Under the pieces are notes generated by a model that was given only the letters and a program-made list of their open reading frames with translations, ran no database searches and was not told the DNA's origin. The position numbers were made by a program, and so were the translations under genes. DNA of 64,000 nt, taken from IMG/VR virus record IMGVR_UViG_3300005549_000008. One strand, given 5' to 3'. The DNA is from an uncultured virus (IMG/VR IMGVR_UViG_3300005549_000008) (taxonomy: Duplodnaviria; Heunggongvirae; Uroviricota; Caudoviricetes). Of the stretch, positions 9,132 to 17,572 are shown in pieces (within the stretch, counting starts at the first letter, position 1; every line of letters begins with the position of its first letter).

Positions 9132-9764
9132 TTGGCGATGGCACGCGCTGACCGGCTCTGGCTTTATGCCGGGCTCGCCGGGCTCGCCGGCATCGGCCTG
9201 GTACGGCTCTTCGGGGCGCCGCGGGTGCGCAAGGGCGACCGAGTGCTCCTCGTCGGTGACTCCCTCGCTGTCGGCCTGACTCCACCGCTCACGGCATTGG
9301 CGAAGGATAGTGGGGTGCAGCTCCAGGCGCTCGCTAAGGAGGGTACCCGTATTGATCAGTGGTCGCAGAGCGCGGCACTGAAGGAGGCCCTGGACAAGTT
9401 CCAGCCTACGCTCGTGCTGATCTCACTCGGCACCAACGACGAGTACATGCAGGGCAAGGATATCGGTGCGCGCCAGCGACCCGAGCTACAGCGCCTGATC
9501 GATCTCATCGACCACTTTCCACGCAAGACGGACTATGGCCTGGGCCCTGATCAAGGCATCGTCTGGATTGGTCCGCCTACTCTACCCAAGGCGCAGACCA
9601 ATGGAGTCGTGCCGATGATCCTAGGCGAAGCGGCGGCTCTTCGGTCGCGGTTCCGCTACTTCCCTTCGCAGCGCCTGACGATACCGCGTGGTGCTGATCA
9701 GCTCCATCCTACCGCCCGCGGTTACGCAGCGTGGGCGGGCGCTATTTGGCAGTGGCTCAGCTGA
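9132..9764 (+). CDS. SGNH/GDSL hydrolase with N-terminal TM anchor
   Basis: Blocks VGDSL, LGTND and DQLHP; hydrophobic N-terminus. Confidence 0.9.
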   Translation: MAMARADRLWLYAGLAGLAGIGLVRLFGAPRVRKGDRVLLVGDSLAVGLTPPLTALAKDSGVQLQALAKEGTRIDQWSQSAALKEALDKFQPTLVLISLGTNDEYMQGKDIGARQRPELQRLIDLIDHFPRKTDYGLGPDQGIVWIGPPTLPKAQTNGVVPMILGEAAALRSRFRYFPSQRLTIPRGADQLHPTARGYAAWAGAIWQWLS

Positions 9765-9773
9765 GAAAGCAGC

Positions 9774-9803
9774 TTGACAGCTATCCAGCTGTACAGCTAG
9801 GCT
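9774..9803 (+). promoter_or_regulatory. Sigma70-type promoter with a palindromic operator candidate
   Basis: TTGACA-N18-TAGGCT; the perfect palindrome AGCTGTACAGCT (9787-9798) lies in the spacer and touches the -10. Confidence 0.7.
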
Positions 9804-9816
9804 CGCAGCGTCCTGG

Positions 9817-10188
9817 ATGAAGAAACGCCGAAAAGAGCTGGACCGTAGTTATCGCCATGCGCTCACAGTGCGTCTGGGGCCATCAATTATGGCCAGGCTT
9901 TATGCCTATCAGGAGCTGTGCATCAAGCAAGAGGATCGCCGGAGCATTCCGCTTCTTGAGCTGATCGAGCGGCTCGTGAATTCCGGGAAGCTGGCCAGCG
10001 CCAAAGCAGTCGAAGATCTGAACGGTCAGAGCGACGAGGGATACAGCCATCAGCTGTGTTTGCGGCTCGATCAGTCGACGATGGAACGGCTACGCCGCGC
10101 TCAGGAGCGCATCTCTAAGGACCGAGAGAAGAAGGCAACTCTCGTCTACAGTTTGCAGCGCATCATCGCTGCAGCACCCACACAATGA
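9817..10188 (+). CDS. Putative DNA-binding regulator with tandem ribbon-helix-helix-like repeats
   Basis: Internal duplication YRHALTVRLGPSIMARL / YSHQLCLRLDQSTMERL. Confidence 0.55.
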   Translation: MKKRRKELDRSYRHALTVRLGPSIMARLYAYQELCIKQEDRRSIPLLELIERLVNSGKLASAKAVEDLNGQSDEGYSHQLCLRLDQSTMERLRRAQERISKDREKKATLVYSLQRIIAAAPTQ

Positions 10189-10740
10189 CCACTGTGCGAT
10201 CTCCGTCAATTAAACCGAACGTAAGCGACTTTGCTGATCGAATTCAGCGGCGCCATCGGATGGTGATCGAGGAAGTTTCGATCGACCAGCGCCTTAAGTG
10301 GGAGCGCGAGTTCGCCGCGGAGCCCGTGCGAAAGCACAGCGAGCTCATTTATCAAGGGTACTGGTTGATTGCGAGCCAACTGAAGATCGATCACGCGATG
10401 GGGCGACTCGATGGGCAGTCCTGATGAGGTTGTCGCTCAAAAGAAGGTGATACACGCTCGACCGTGTGACGGTTGTATACGAAAGTTGGGCACACTGGAT
10501 CCGGTGGCAGCGGTTCGGCTCGATCACGAACATTGTCAATCGGTGCTAACGCAGGGGCTGCGGATCATCGCAACCCATGCTGATCACATGTTTGCGATTG
10601 GTGGGCCGAACGTGGTTGGTGTGGCCAAAGCAGGACGATCTCCGAGCTCGCTCAGCGGCGGTTCCAATGGAAAGTGCCTAGGACACCCGAAGGACTGCGA
10701 CTGCAGCGACTGTACACGCAGTCCGTTCTACAACGGATAG
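10185..10740 (+). other. Two short hypothetical genes (10185-10424, 10411-10740)
   Basis: Overlapping start/stop coupling; the second ORF is Cys-rich. Confidence 0.5.
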
Positions 10741-10762
10741 TACAGCACGAAACAAGTGCGCC

Positions 10763-11056
10763 TTACCGTCGCCAGAAGCGCGGCATCAGGTTGTTGAGTG
10801 CCATGCGGCGCTGCTCGCAGGGTGTGCAGCTTTGGATGCCGAGCGCCTTGGTGGCACCGGCGACGAGGTCCCCGGCCCCGTAGTGCGTGGGTGCTGCGCT
10901 CGTGTGATTGGCGTGCTGGTGCGCGAACTGGTCGGCTTCGGGTGGCGAGACCAAGCCGGACACGGCACCGCAGGCGGCGCACCGACAGATCATTCGGACA
11001 CCGTCGGATCCGCAAGTAATCCAGGGTAGTTGCGGGTGCTGAAGAGTACTGGTCAT
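10763..11056 (-). CDS. Small Cys-rich hypothetical phage protein
   Basis: CxxC motifs and GAGDLVA..TK.LGI..CxxC..RR..LN. A class A-like motif lies at 11066-11100, 9 nt before ATG 11056. Confidence 0.65.
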   Translation of the reverse strand: MTSTLQHPQLPWITCGSDGVRMICRCAACGAVSGLVSPPEADQFAHQHANHTSAAPTHYGAGDLVAGATKALGIQSCTPCEQRRMALNNLMPRFWRR

Positions 11057-11148
11057 GCGACCGAGAGTCTCGCATGCTCGATATGGAGACGGCAACTTTT
11101 AGAGCACCGGTTGACATCAGATAGCTACCGCTGATAGGGAGGGAGTGC

Positions 11149-11451
11149 ATGCCGAAGCCTCAATCCATTTTTTACTGGCTCGTTGCAGTCGCTATTATGG
11201 CTGCGTTTTGTGCCGGGCTCTGGATGGCGGTGCGCTCGACAGCTCCGAGCGATCTGCAGGTAATCGAGGAGGCAGCATTCGAGCGGCAGCTGCGGCGCCA
11301 GGTTGAACTGAGGCGACAGTGCTACAGGCGCGGTCACGTGCCGGTGATGGGTTTTGGTATGTCGGTGGTGTGTGTAAATGGGGTACTAGCGACTGAATAT
11401 TCGACGACAGAGGAGCTTCAACAGGGAGCGAAAAATGACAATGGAATTTGA
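11149..11451 (+). CDS. Small membrane-anchored hypothetical protein
   Basis: GGGAG RBS, N-terminal TM segment, and TTGACA at 11111. Confidence 0.6.
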   Translation: MPKPQSIFYWLVAVAIMAAFCAGLWMAVRSTAPSDLQVIEEAAFERQLRRQVELRRQCYRRGHVPVMGFGMSVVCVNGVLATEYSTTEELQQGAKNDNGI

Positions 11452-12313
11452 AGCGAAGTTCGTGACCGAGCCGATCGTGTACTGCATCGCTGGGATGGAG
11501 CTCTACGAGCCCCAGGTCCTGAAGATGATGGAGTGGGTGAAGAGTCGCGCTCCGGACTGTGTACCGGAGGAGATCTCCAGTCAGGGGATGCGCGCGCTGT
11601 TTCCGCACGACATGTGCCGCGAGGATGGCGCCAAACTGTCGGATAACGAGCTCCTTGTCGAGATCGCGGGGCGCAAGTGTTACAATAGCTTCGGGGCGAA
11701 AGCGGGACGCAAATCCAACAAGGAATACGTCGCCAATACGCAGGCGGGCGACGTTCCTCATGCCTCGATCGTGTACCACGCCAAGCAATCGTTCTTCATT
11801 GCCGGCGTCTCCCGGCGGGTCAGTCACGAGCTCATCCGCAACTACGTGGGTGCGGATCGAGATGAAGAGGGTTCACCGAGTCAGGAGAGTACTCGGTTCG
11901 TGGAGAATGCCGGCTACTACATCATCCCGCCGAAGCTTCTGCTCGATGCTGCGGATGGCGAATTCAAGTCGCTGGAGCACTTCAAGCAGGCCATGCACCA
12001 GAATTACAACGACTACATGACCTTCGTGCGCGGTGAGCAGGCGAATTACCGGCGCAAGCACGATAAGGACCCGAAGGGCATCGAGTACAAGCGTATTCTG
12101 GAAGCGGCCAGTGCGCTCCTGTCGCACACAGTCGAGACGTCCTGGATCTGGACTACCAATCCGATGGCGGTAGCCAAGCTCATGCGCGAGCGTAATCACA
12201 GCGCGGCCGATCTGGAGTTCTGGCGGTTCGCGCGCACCTGGTTGCCGGAAGCGCGGCAGCTGAACCCCAACCTCTATCCGCAGACCTGGATGCAGCCCGA
12301 GGCGCAGAGGTGA
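11435..12313 (+). CDS. thyX: Flavin-dependent thymidylate synthase-like protein (divergent)
   Basis: Motifs AGRKCYNSF, HASI, GVSRRVSHELIR, SQESTRFV, RERNHSAADLE. Confidence 0.85.
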   Translation: MTMEFEAKFVTEPIVYCIAGMELYEPQVLKMMEWVKSRAPDCVPEEISSQGMRALFPHDMCREDGAKLSDNELLVEIAGRKCYNSFGAKAGRKSNKEYVANTQAGDVPHASIVYHAKQSFFIAGVSRRVSHELIRNYVGADRDEEGSPSQESTRFVENAGYYIIPPKLLLDAADGEFKSLEHFKQAMHQNYNDYMTFVRGEQANYRRKHDKDPKGIEYKRILEAASALLSHTVETSWIWTTNPMAVAKLMRERNHSAADLEFWRFARTWLPEARQLNPNLYPQTWMQPEAQR

Positions 12314-12660
12314 CACTCGACGAGTTCACCAACGCGATCGTGGACTTGGCCAAAGCGGCTGCGGCACAGAGTTATGCCAATCAACCGCTCAAGCTCAAGG
12401 GCGCCTTGGCAGGCCTGGAGGCGTGCCGCGGGCAAACTCCGGAACAACTCCTGGATCTACTGAAGAAAGCGGGAGGCGTTCGTCATCAGGCCTACAACAC
12501 CGCCAACTATTGGCAGCACCGTTGCTACGAAGCCGAAGTGGAGTGGGTATGCAACTGCGTGAGCGCGGCCATGGTCTCGAACGGATACACGCCGATCGTG
12601 ACGCCTACCGCGCACGGCATGGAGATGGCTGCCAAGATTCTGGGTGTGCGAGAACAGTGA
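12310..12660 (+). CDS. Hypothetical protein
   Basis: GTGA translational coupling at both ends. Confidence 0.65.
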   Translation: MTLDEFTNAIVDLAKAAAAQSYANQPLKLKGALAGLEACRGQTPEQLLDLLKKAGGVRHQAYNTANYWQHRCYEAEVEWVCNCVSAAMVSNGYTPIVTPTAHGMEMAAKILGVREQ

Positions 12661-13508
12661 ACAAGAGCCGTTGTCAGCAGTGCTGGCGCAAGCGCAAGGC
12701 GACTCAGTTCGTCGGTAAGCATGGACAACCCGTCAAGCGTTGCAAGAAGTGCCGCCGCGAGGCAACCGAGCGTGGCACTGCTGAGCGTATGAGTGTGCCG
12801 CGGCGCGCGCTGCGTGTGTTGCCGGCGGAGCCCCAGTTCATTTGGTCGGATAAAAGCAATAACCGCAAGCTCGGCGATATCGCGGCCTGTTTGGTGAGCT
12901 CGGAGACGTGTCCGCCGGCTTGTGGTCTGTACGGCCGTGGCTGTTACGCCGAGTTCGGGATCATGGGCTACCACTGGCGCCGTACGCAGAACGAAGGGAT
13001 CGGATGGGGCGATCTGCTCGGTAAGGTGGCAGCGCTGCCCCCCGGCGCGCTCTGGCGGTACGCGACGGCCGGTGATCTGCCCGGCACCGGCAATGCGCTG
13101 GATATCTGGCGCCTGGAGGAGCTCGCGCTGGCCAATGCGGGCCGCCGCGGCTTTACGTTCACGCACAAGCCGCTCACGGCTCCTGGCGAGCTCGCTGCCA
13201 TTCGGCGTGCAAATCGGTCCGGCTTTACTATCAATCTGTCGGCAGACAATCTGGCCCATGCCGATCGGTTGCTGGATCTCGGTGTTGCGCCGGTGGCGGT
13301 GGTGCTGCCCGAGCTCGAGACGGGCGCGCGGCTGCCTGATCGTACTCCCGGTGGCCGGCGGTTGGTAGTGTGCCCGGCGCAGACCGCGGCCGAGCTCGAC
13401 TGTGGCAGGTGCGGCCTCTGTGCGCGCGCCGAGCGCCGCGGCGTCGTCGGTTTCCATGCTCACGGACAGATGCGGCACACCGTCAGCAAGATTGCGAGGG
13501 CATCATGA
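12657..13508 (+). CDS. Cys-rich conserved phage protein, possibly an Fe-S / radical-SAM-like (Gp88-related) fold
   Basis: Motifs TCPPAC...GCYA, RYATAGD, FTFTH, INLSAD, CPAQ..CxxCxxC and GFHAHG. The GTG start overlaps the previous stop. Confidence 0.55.
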   Translation: MNKSRCQQCWRKRKATQFVGKHGQPVKRCKKCRREATERGTAERMSVPRRALRVLPAEPQFIWSDKSNNRKLGDIAACLVSSETCPPACGLYGRGCYAEFGIMGYHWRRTQNEGIGWGDLLGKVAALPPGALWRYATAGDLPGTGNALDIWRLEELALANAGRRGFTFTHKPLTAPGELAAIRRANRSGFTINLSADNLAHADRLLDLGVAPVAVVLPELETGARLPDRTPGGRRLVVCPAQTAAELDCGRCGLCARAERRGVVGFHAHGQMRHTVSKIARAS

Positions 13509-13819
13509 GTAAGTTGGTGCAACTGACTCCACGCCAGGAGAGCTATCTCCTCCAGTCGGTGAGGATGGTAGCGGGCGTGGGGCTTGGGGCGCCAGTGTTT
13601 CGTACCTACCGCCCCGAGGGTAGCGCGGCGCGCGTATTGGATGAGCTGGTGCGCCGCCACTTCATGCAGGACGATCGGACAACCCTGGAAAAGGGTGTGC
13701 AACATTCCTTCGTTGCCACCGAACAGGGCATTCGGTATTTGCTGCGCCGGGGTCTGATCGACGACGAGCTAGCACGTAGCTGGCGTTTGAAGCGCGCAGC
13801 TGCAGTAGTGAACCGGTGA
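13505..13819 (+). CDS. Hypothetical protein, possibly winged helix
   Basis: ATGA coupling; VLDELVRR...FVATEQG pattern. Confidence 0.5.
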   Translation: MSKLVQLTPRQESYLLQSVRMVAGVGLGAPVFRTYRPEGSAARVLDELVRRHFMQDDRTTLEKGVQHSFVATEQGIRYLLRRGLIDDELARSWRLKRAAAVVNR

Positions 13820-14370
13820 TGCAGTACCAACCCTTATTTCCAGAGTTGGGATTGCTTACCCAGGGCGACGAGCGCGCGTTTGCGGTTACGTCCACGGATG
13901 ATCAGTACCGGTACTTGCTGGGCCGGTCGTGGTCGCCGCTACCGTGGTGGGTGTTCGGGATGCTGAATCCCTCCCGGGCTCGCCACAACACGCCCGACCC
14001 CACGATCAAAAAATGCATTGGCTTTGCCGAGCGAGGCGGTGCCGGTGGGATCTTAGTGGTGAATCTCCTTCCGTATTCGACGCCATTTCCCGCGGAGCTG
14101 GTCCAGCACTATCTAGCAGGTATGAACGTCACCGGTACCTGCAATGGCGAGGTACTGGAGTGGGCCTTGAACCATCCGCGTTGCGGCCGCATCCTGGCAG
14201 CTTGGGGTTCGATCCCGGCGCGCGTGCTGGACGTGGTCCAGGTTTCTATGTCGCGGTTTCTGATGAGTAGTCCCGACTGTCTCGGTATCAACCGCGACGG
14301 CTCACCGAAGCACCCGAGTCGAATCGGCTACGGCTCGCCCATTGTGGAGTACAGAAGATCCAGGACGTGA
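13816..14370 (+). CDS. DUF1643-family protein
   Basis: Motifs YRYLL.RSW, GMLNPSRA, DPTIKKC, VVNL, AAWG and CLG...GSPKHP. Confidence 0.85.
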   Translation: MMQYQPLFPELGLLTQGDERAFAVTSTDDQYRYLLGRSWSPLPWWVFGMLNPSRARHNTPDPTIKKCIGFAERGGAGGILVVNLLPYSTPFPAELVQHYLAGMNVTGTCNGEVLEWALNHPRCGRILAAWGSIPARVLDVVQVSMSRFLMSSPDCLGINRDGSPKHPSRIGYGSPIVEYRRSRT

Positions 14371-15049
14371 CGATGGAGTACTATATCATCAGTCTTCCGA
14401 AGAAGAATTCATCCGGGGAGCAGTGCGACGCCTGTGGTCACGAGCACGGGATAGTGGGCCCGCTTTCTGACCTCGTTCTGTTTTGGCGCCCGAACAATTC
14501 CGGCTACACCGTGTTCCTGGAATCGGCGGGTCGCTACTCTGCGGAGTTGGTCGAAACGAAAGCCAGCTACTACAACAACGGCGAGACTACGGTCGCGGTC
14601 GCATGCGAGATCGTAGATAGGTTCGCCAAGCGCGCGGTTTACATCGACCATCTTTACGCGCTGCGGAAGTTGGTCCCACCGATGACCGCAGCGGGGCAAG
14701 CTCGGGGATGAATCCCGGAACTAAATCAGGTGATTGGTTGACGCTGCTGGCGAGCATAGGGCTGGTAGCGATTGTGGTTGCAGCAACCTGTTCGATGGTG
14801 ACCACCCGAGAACTGCCAGTACCGCCCCCTCCTGTACCGGCGAGGGAGTGCCCGGTGGATCTGCGGGTCGTCCACTTCGAGGAAATGGTGTTCGAGCGCA
14901 AGATGGGAATCGACGGCGTTTGGGCGCGCTGCTCTACAAATACTCAAACCAAGCGCATCGACTGTCTGGGTAAAACCGTCGATCGAGAAGTGGCTTACTT
15001 CTGCACCGAGCAGGGCTGCGAGTGGGCAAAACAAGGAGAGAAACCGTGA
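14367..15049 (+). other. Two hypothetical genes (14367-14711, 14708-15049; the second has an N-terminal TM segment)
   Basis: Translationally coupled ORFs. Confidence 0.6.
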
Positions 15050-15576
15050 ATCTCTATCGTGTGAAACGCAGCGAAGTCGAGGCGGAGGAGTTCATGCCGG
15101 GCGTGCCGGTGCCCTATCCTCCGGGAGTGAGGAAGGACCCTTGTTCACCCTCGGGCTATTCGGTGGGAGGCAGGGGAATCTATCCCGGCGACTTCGTGGT
15201 GATGGAGGACGGATACACGGATGCGGTCGTGATGTCTGAGGAACTATTCCATCAGAACTACGAGCTCGTGACGAAGCGCGAGTGGACCATTGGAAGTCTA
15301 CTCACGGTCGGCCGAAACATTTGGGGTCCCGAGCGGCTCACACTGAAGGATGTAGTGATCCGGCTCGGTGTCGGATTCGGGGACCTCTGCAGAATCGCGC
15401 GCGGCGCCGACAAGGATCGCACGACAGAAGTCGCGCAGGAGCTCAAGAAGGAGCTCGGTAACATCATTGCATCGACGCTGCGTTGGTGCGACGACTTGGG
15501 GTTCGATCCCGAGGAATGCATTGAGCTGGGTCTGGAAAGTCAGCGTCGGTTTGCAGAACAGAATACACGCCGATGA
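15046..15576 (+). CDS. Protein with a C-terminal MazG-like pyrophosphatase fold
   Basis: GDLCR...ELKKELGNII...LGFDPEECI; AGGAG RBS before the GTG start. Confidence 0.55.
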   Translation: MNLYRVKRSEVEAEEFMPGVPVPYPPGVRKDPCSPSGYSVGGRGIYPGDFVVMEDGYTDAVVMSEELFHQNYELVTKREWTIGSLLTVGRNIWGPERLTLKDVVIRLGVGFGDLCRIARGADKDRTTEVAQELKKELGNIIASTLRWCDDLGFDPEECIELGLESQRRFAEQNTRR

Positions 15577-16264
15577 ATCGCCAGCGCAGGCGGCGAGCCA
15601 AGGAACAAAACGAGGCGTATCAGTTGCGTCAGCTGGGCGTCGAGCTGCACGCCGCGGCGCGCGCGCAGGATCTGGAGGCGAGACCTCCAGGTGTGCACCG
15701 CGTCTATGCAGGGTGGACCATTGGTCTTCTGCGCAAGGTGTGTGCGCACGTCGAGTGGTGGCACCTGCGAGCAATGGTGAGATCTCCAGGGAGCGTCGTG
15801 GGTGAATCTGACTGCAGGGTCCTGACAAAGATCGTGCACACCGTCATCTTTGCGACCGGTTATCCGCCGGATGGGCCACCGCTCGACCCAGTGGTGCTGA
15901 GCGAACTCGCGAAGATGGACAACTGCCAACAGTGGTTCTGGAAGAACGAACAAGGCGAGATTTGCGAGTGCTTTGAAACCTACATAGTGGAGCAATCAAC
16001 ATGACCACATCGATCTTCCGTGATGAGATCCAGGCTGTCATCAACCGCAACAGCATGGAGTGCGGATCCCATACACCGGACTTCATCTTGGCCAAGTACC
16101 TGACGAGCTGTCTGGAGGCGTTCGACGTGGCGGTGCGAGAACGGGAGACTTGGTACAGCCGTGATCCTGAGCGGGGCCCGGGTCAGGCTGTTACAGCCGA
16201 TCCTGTTCCACTCTCGGATAATCCGCTGCACAACATCGGTCAGGGGCGCGGCGACGCCGACTAG
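15573..16264 (+). other. Two hypothetical genes (15573-16004, 16001-16264)
   Basis: ATGA-coupled ORFs; the second contains the SMECGSHTPDFILAKYL motif seen in small phage proteins. Confidence 0.6.
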
Positions 16265-16590
16265 GCAGCCTTGGCGGGGCGACCGGCAAGCGGGAGCGAG
16301 GATACCAGGCGCCGCGCTCCTGCGGCGAGCGCGATAGCGGTGAGTGAGTTGCCTAGGTCGGGCTCGTAGAAGCCGGCGGTCGACACGTGAGCCATGCGCG
16401 CGCGCTGGAGCAGGCTCGTGAGCTCGGGTTCATCGGGCACCGCGAGCACCACGATGTTCTTGGCGCCGTCGCGCCACCGCTGAAAGAGTTCGGGATGCTG
16501 AGCACTAAATTCGCTCACCGCGTGACCGGTCTGGGCGAGCTGCGCGCCGGGCTCGAGATCGCTACGCAGGACGATGAACAGTTTTTCCAT
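16261..16590 (-). CDS. Pth2-like peptidyl-tRNA hydrolase
   Basis: Motifs KLFIVLRSDL..GAQLAQTGHA, KNIVVLAV and EPDLGNSLTAIA; AAGGA RBS. Confidence 0.8.
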   Translation of the reverse strand: MEKLFIVLRSDLEPGAQLAQTGHAVSEFSAQHPELFQRWRDGAKNIVVLAVPDEPELTSLLQRARMAHVSTAGFYEPDLGNSLTAIALAAGARRLVSSLPLAGRPAKAA

Positions 16591-16611
16591 GGTGGTTTCC
16601 TTTGGTTAGGG

Positions 16612-16689
16612 TGGCGGGACTGCCTGGATTTGAACCAGGGACTTCCGAGGGGGTTAAGCTCGGTGCTCTACCTGCTGAGCTACAATCCC
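16612..16689 (-). tRNA. tRNA-like RNA 1 with an aberrant 9-nt anticodon loop (CUUAACCCC)
   Basis: GGGATTG TA GCTC AGCAGGTA GAGC A CCGAG [CTTAACCCC] CTCGG AAGTC CCTGG TTCAAAT CCAGG CAGTCCC G CCA: all stems pair and CCA is encoded. Confidence 0.85.
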
Positions 16690-16694
16690 AGGGG

Positions 16695-16780
16695 CGCGCG
16701 GGGAAGGATTTGAACCAACGACCTCCCGGAGAACGCACTACGACGCACTCCGGTCGCTCTGACCGCTGAGCTACCCGCGC
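16695..16780 (-). tRNA. tRNA-like RNA 2 with an enlarged anticodon arm and no assignable anticodon
   Basis: GCGCGGG/CCCGCGC acceptor stem, GCTC/GAGC D stem, CCGGAG[16 nt]CTCCGG, and a TTCAAAT T-loop with two T-T mismatches in the stem. CCA is not encoded. Confidence 0.75.
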
Positions 16781-16808
16781 ACATGCTCACCACGCTGACC
16801 ACCAGACG

Positions 16809-16849
16809 CAACAAAGCCCGCCACACGCCTAAAGCATGTCGAGCGGGCT
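16809..16849 (-). terminator. Terminator-like hairpin in the leader of the tRNA-like/Pth2 unit
   Basis: AGCCCGC..ACATGC/GCGTGT..GCGGGCT followed by TTGTT on the minus strand. Confidence 0.6.
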
Positions 16850-16872
16850 GGATGCGGCCAAAGGCCTGACTG

Positions 16873-16926
16873 TCAACCGCAGTTGAGCATGGCCGAATAG
16901 TTCGTCACGACCTGGTCAGCTGTCAA
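16873..16926 (-). promoter_or_regulatory. TTGACA promoter followed by the 5-codon uORF MLNCG*
   Basis: TTGACA (16926-16921)-N18-AACTAT, then 6 nt, then ATG CTC AAC TGC GGT TGA (16890-16873). Confidence 0.5.
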
Positions 16927-16943
16927 CCAGAAAAAACCTAGGC

Positions 16944-17465
16944 CTAGGTTCCCGGCGTGGCGAAGAGCACGAACATGATGTCCAGGTTCCCGCCGCCGTA
17001 AGGCGCCAAGCCGGTATTTTGAAACGCCAACGCGATTTGGTTCCCATCCACGAATACGCTCGCGATGGCTACCCCGGTTCCTGGAGTGCTCCGAAATTGA
17101 GCCAAAATGATCGACGAGGCGCTGATCGTCTGACTGAACGGATTGTTGACTCGCGTGCCGTCGTCTTGAGTATCAGGGGCTAAGGCTGGGACCGCTACGG
17201 AGACCGCCACGCTCGGCGCAGGAGTACCGTTGACGGGCTTCCAAGCACCCGCGGTGCTGCGCCCGGTGGGACGGATAACGCTCGGCGAGCTCGCGGCCGT
17301 CGCGGATCCCGGGATCCACTGATAGTGGGTGGCATTTTCGACGACGTAGCACAGGGCACCGGCATCGAGCTCGTCAGGAATGACGCCTGCGAGCGAGTCG
17401 ATTGCGCCAGACAGGAAGGTGCGGGAGCCAATGTGACGAAATGCAACAGCAGATTGGTCGGACAT
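16944..17465 (-). CDS. Putative virion spike/decoration protein; shares an N-terminal domain with 47267 and 49884
   Basis: IGSR...G..DSL....ELD.GA...V.N...Y...G.W pattern. A class A motif at 17474-17508 places the start at ATG 17465. Confidence 0.65.
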   Translation of the reverse strand: MSDQSAVAFRHIGSRTFLSGAIDSLAGVIPDELDAGALCYVVENATHYQWIPGSATAASSPSVIRPTGRSTAGAWKPVNGTPAPSVAVSVAVPALAPDTQDDGTRVNNPFSQTISASSIILAQFRSTPGTGVAIASVFVDGNQIALAFQNTGLAPYGGGNLDIMFVLFATPGT

Positions 17466-17520
17466 CGAGCTCGATAGTACGAGCACCTCCCGAGCGGACG
17501 CAACTTTTAGGTCATGAACG

Positions 17521-17560
17521 AAAAACGACCCCCTGGCGCAGCACCATACGCCAGGGGGTC
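17521..17560 (-). terminator. Intrinsic terminator downstream of the tmRNA
   Basis: 12-bp stem GACCCCCTGGCG/CGCCAGGGGGTC followed by GTTTTT on the minus strand. Confidence 0.9.
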
Positions 17561-17572
17561 TTATTGGGTGTG

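Noticed and set aside
12525..13478. Long antisense or alternative-frame ORFs (also 747-1322, 32640-33587, 36028-36807, 62731-63573)
   Set aside because: They shadow better-supported genes and have the Arg/Ala/Pro-rich composition typical of non-coding frames in high-GC DNA.
16612..16689. Calling this a normal tRNA-Leu(UAA)
   Set aside because: It has a 9-nt loop, no purine at position 37, no long variable arm and a G discriminator.
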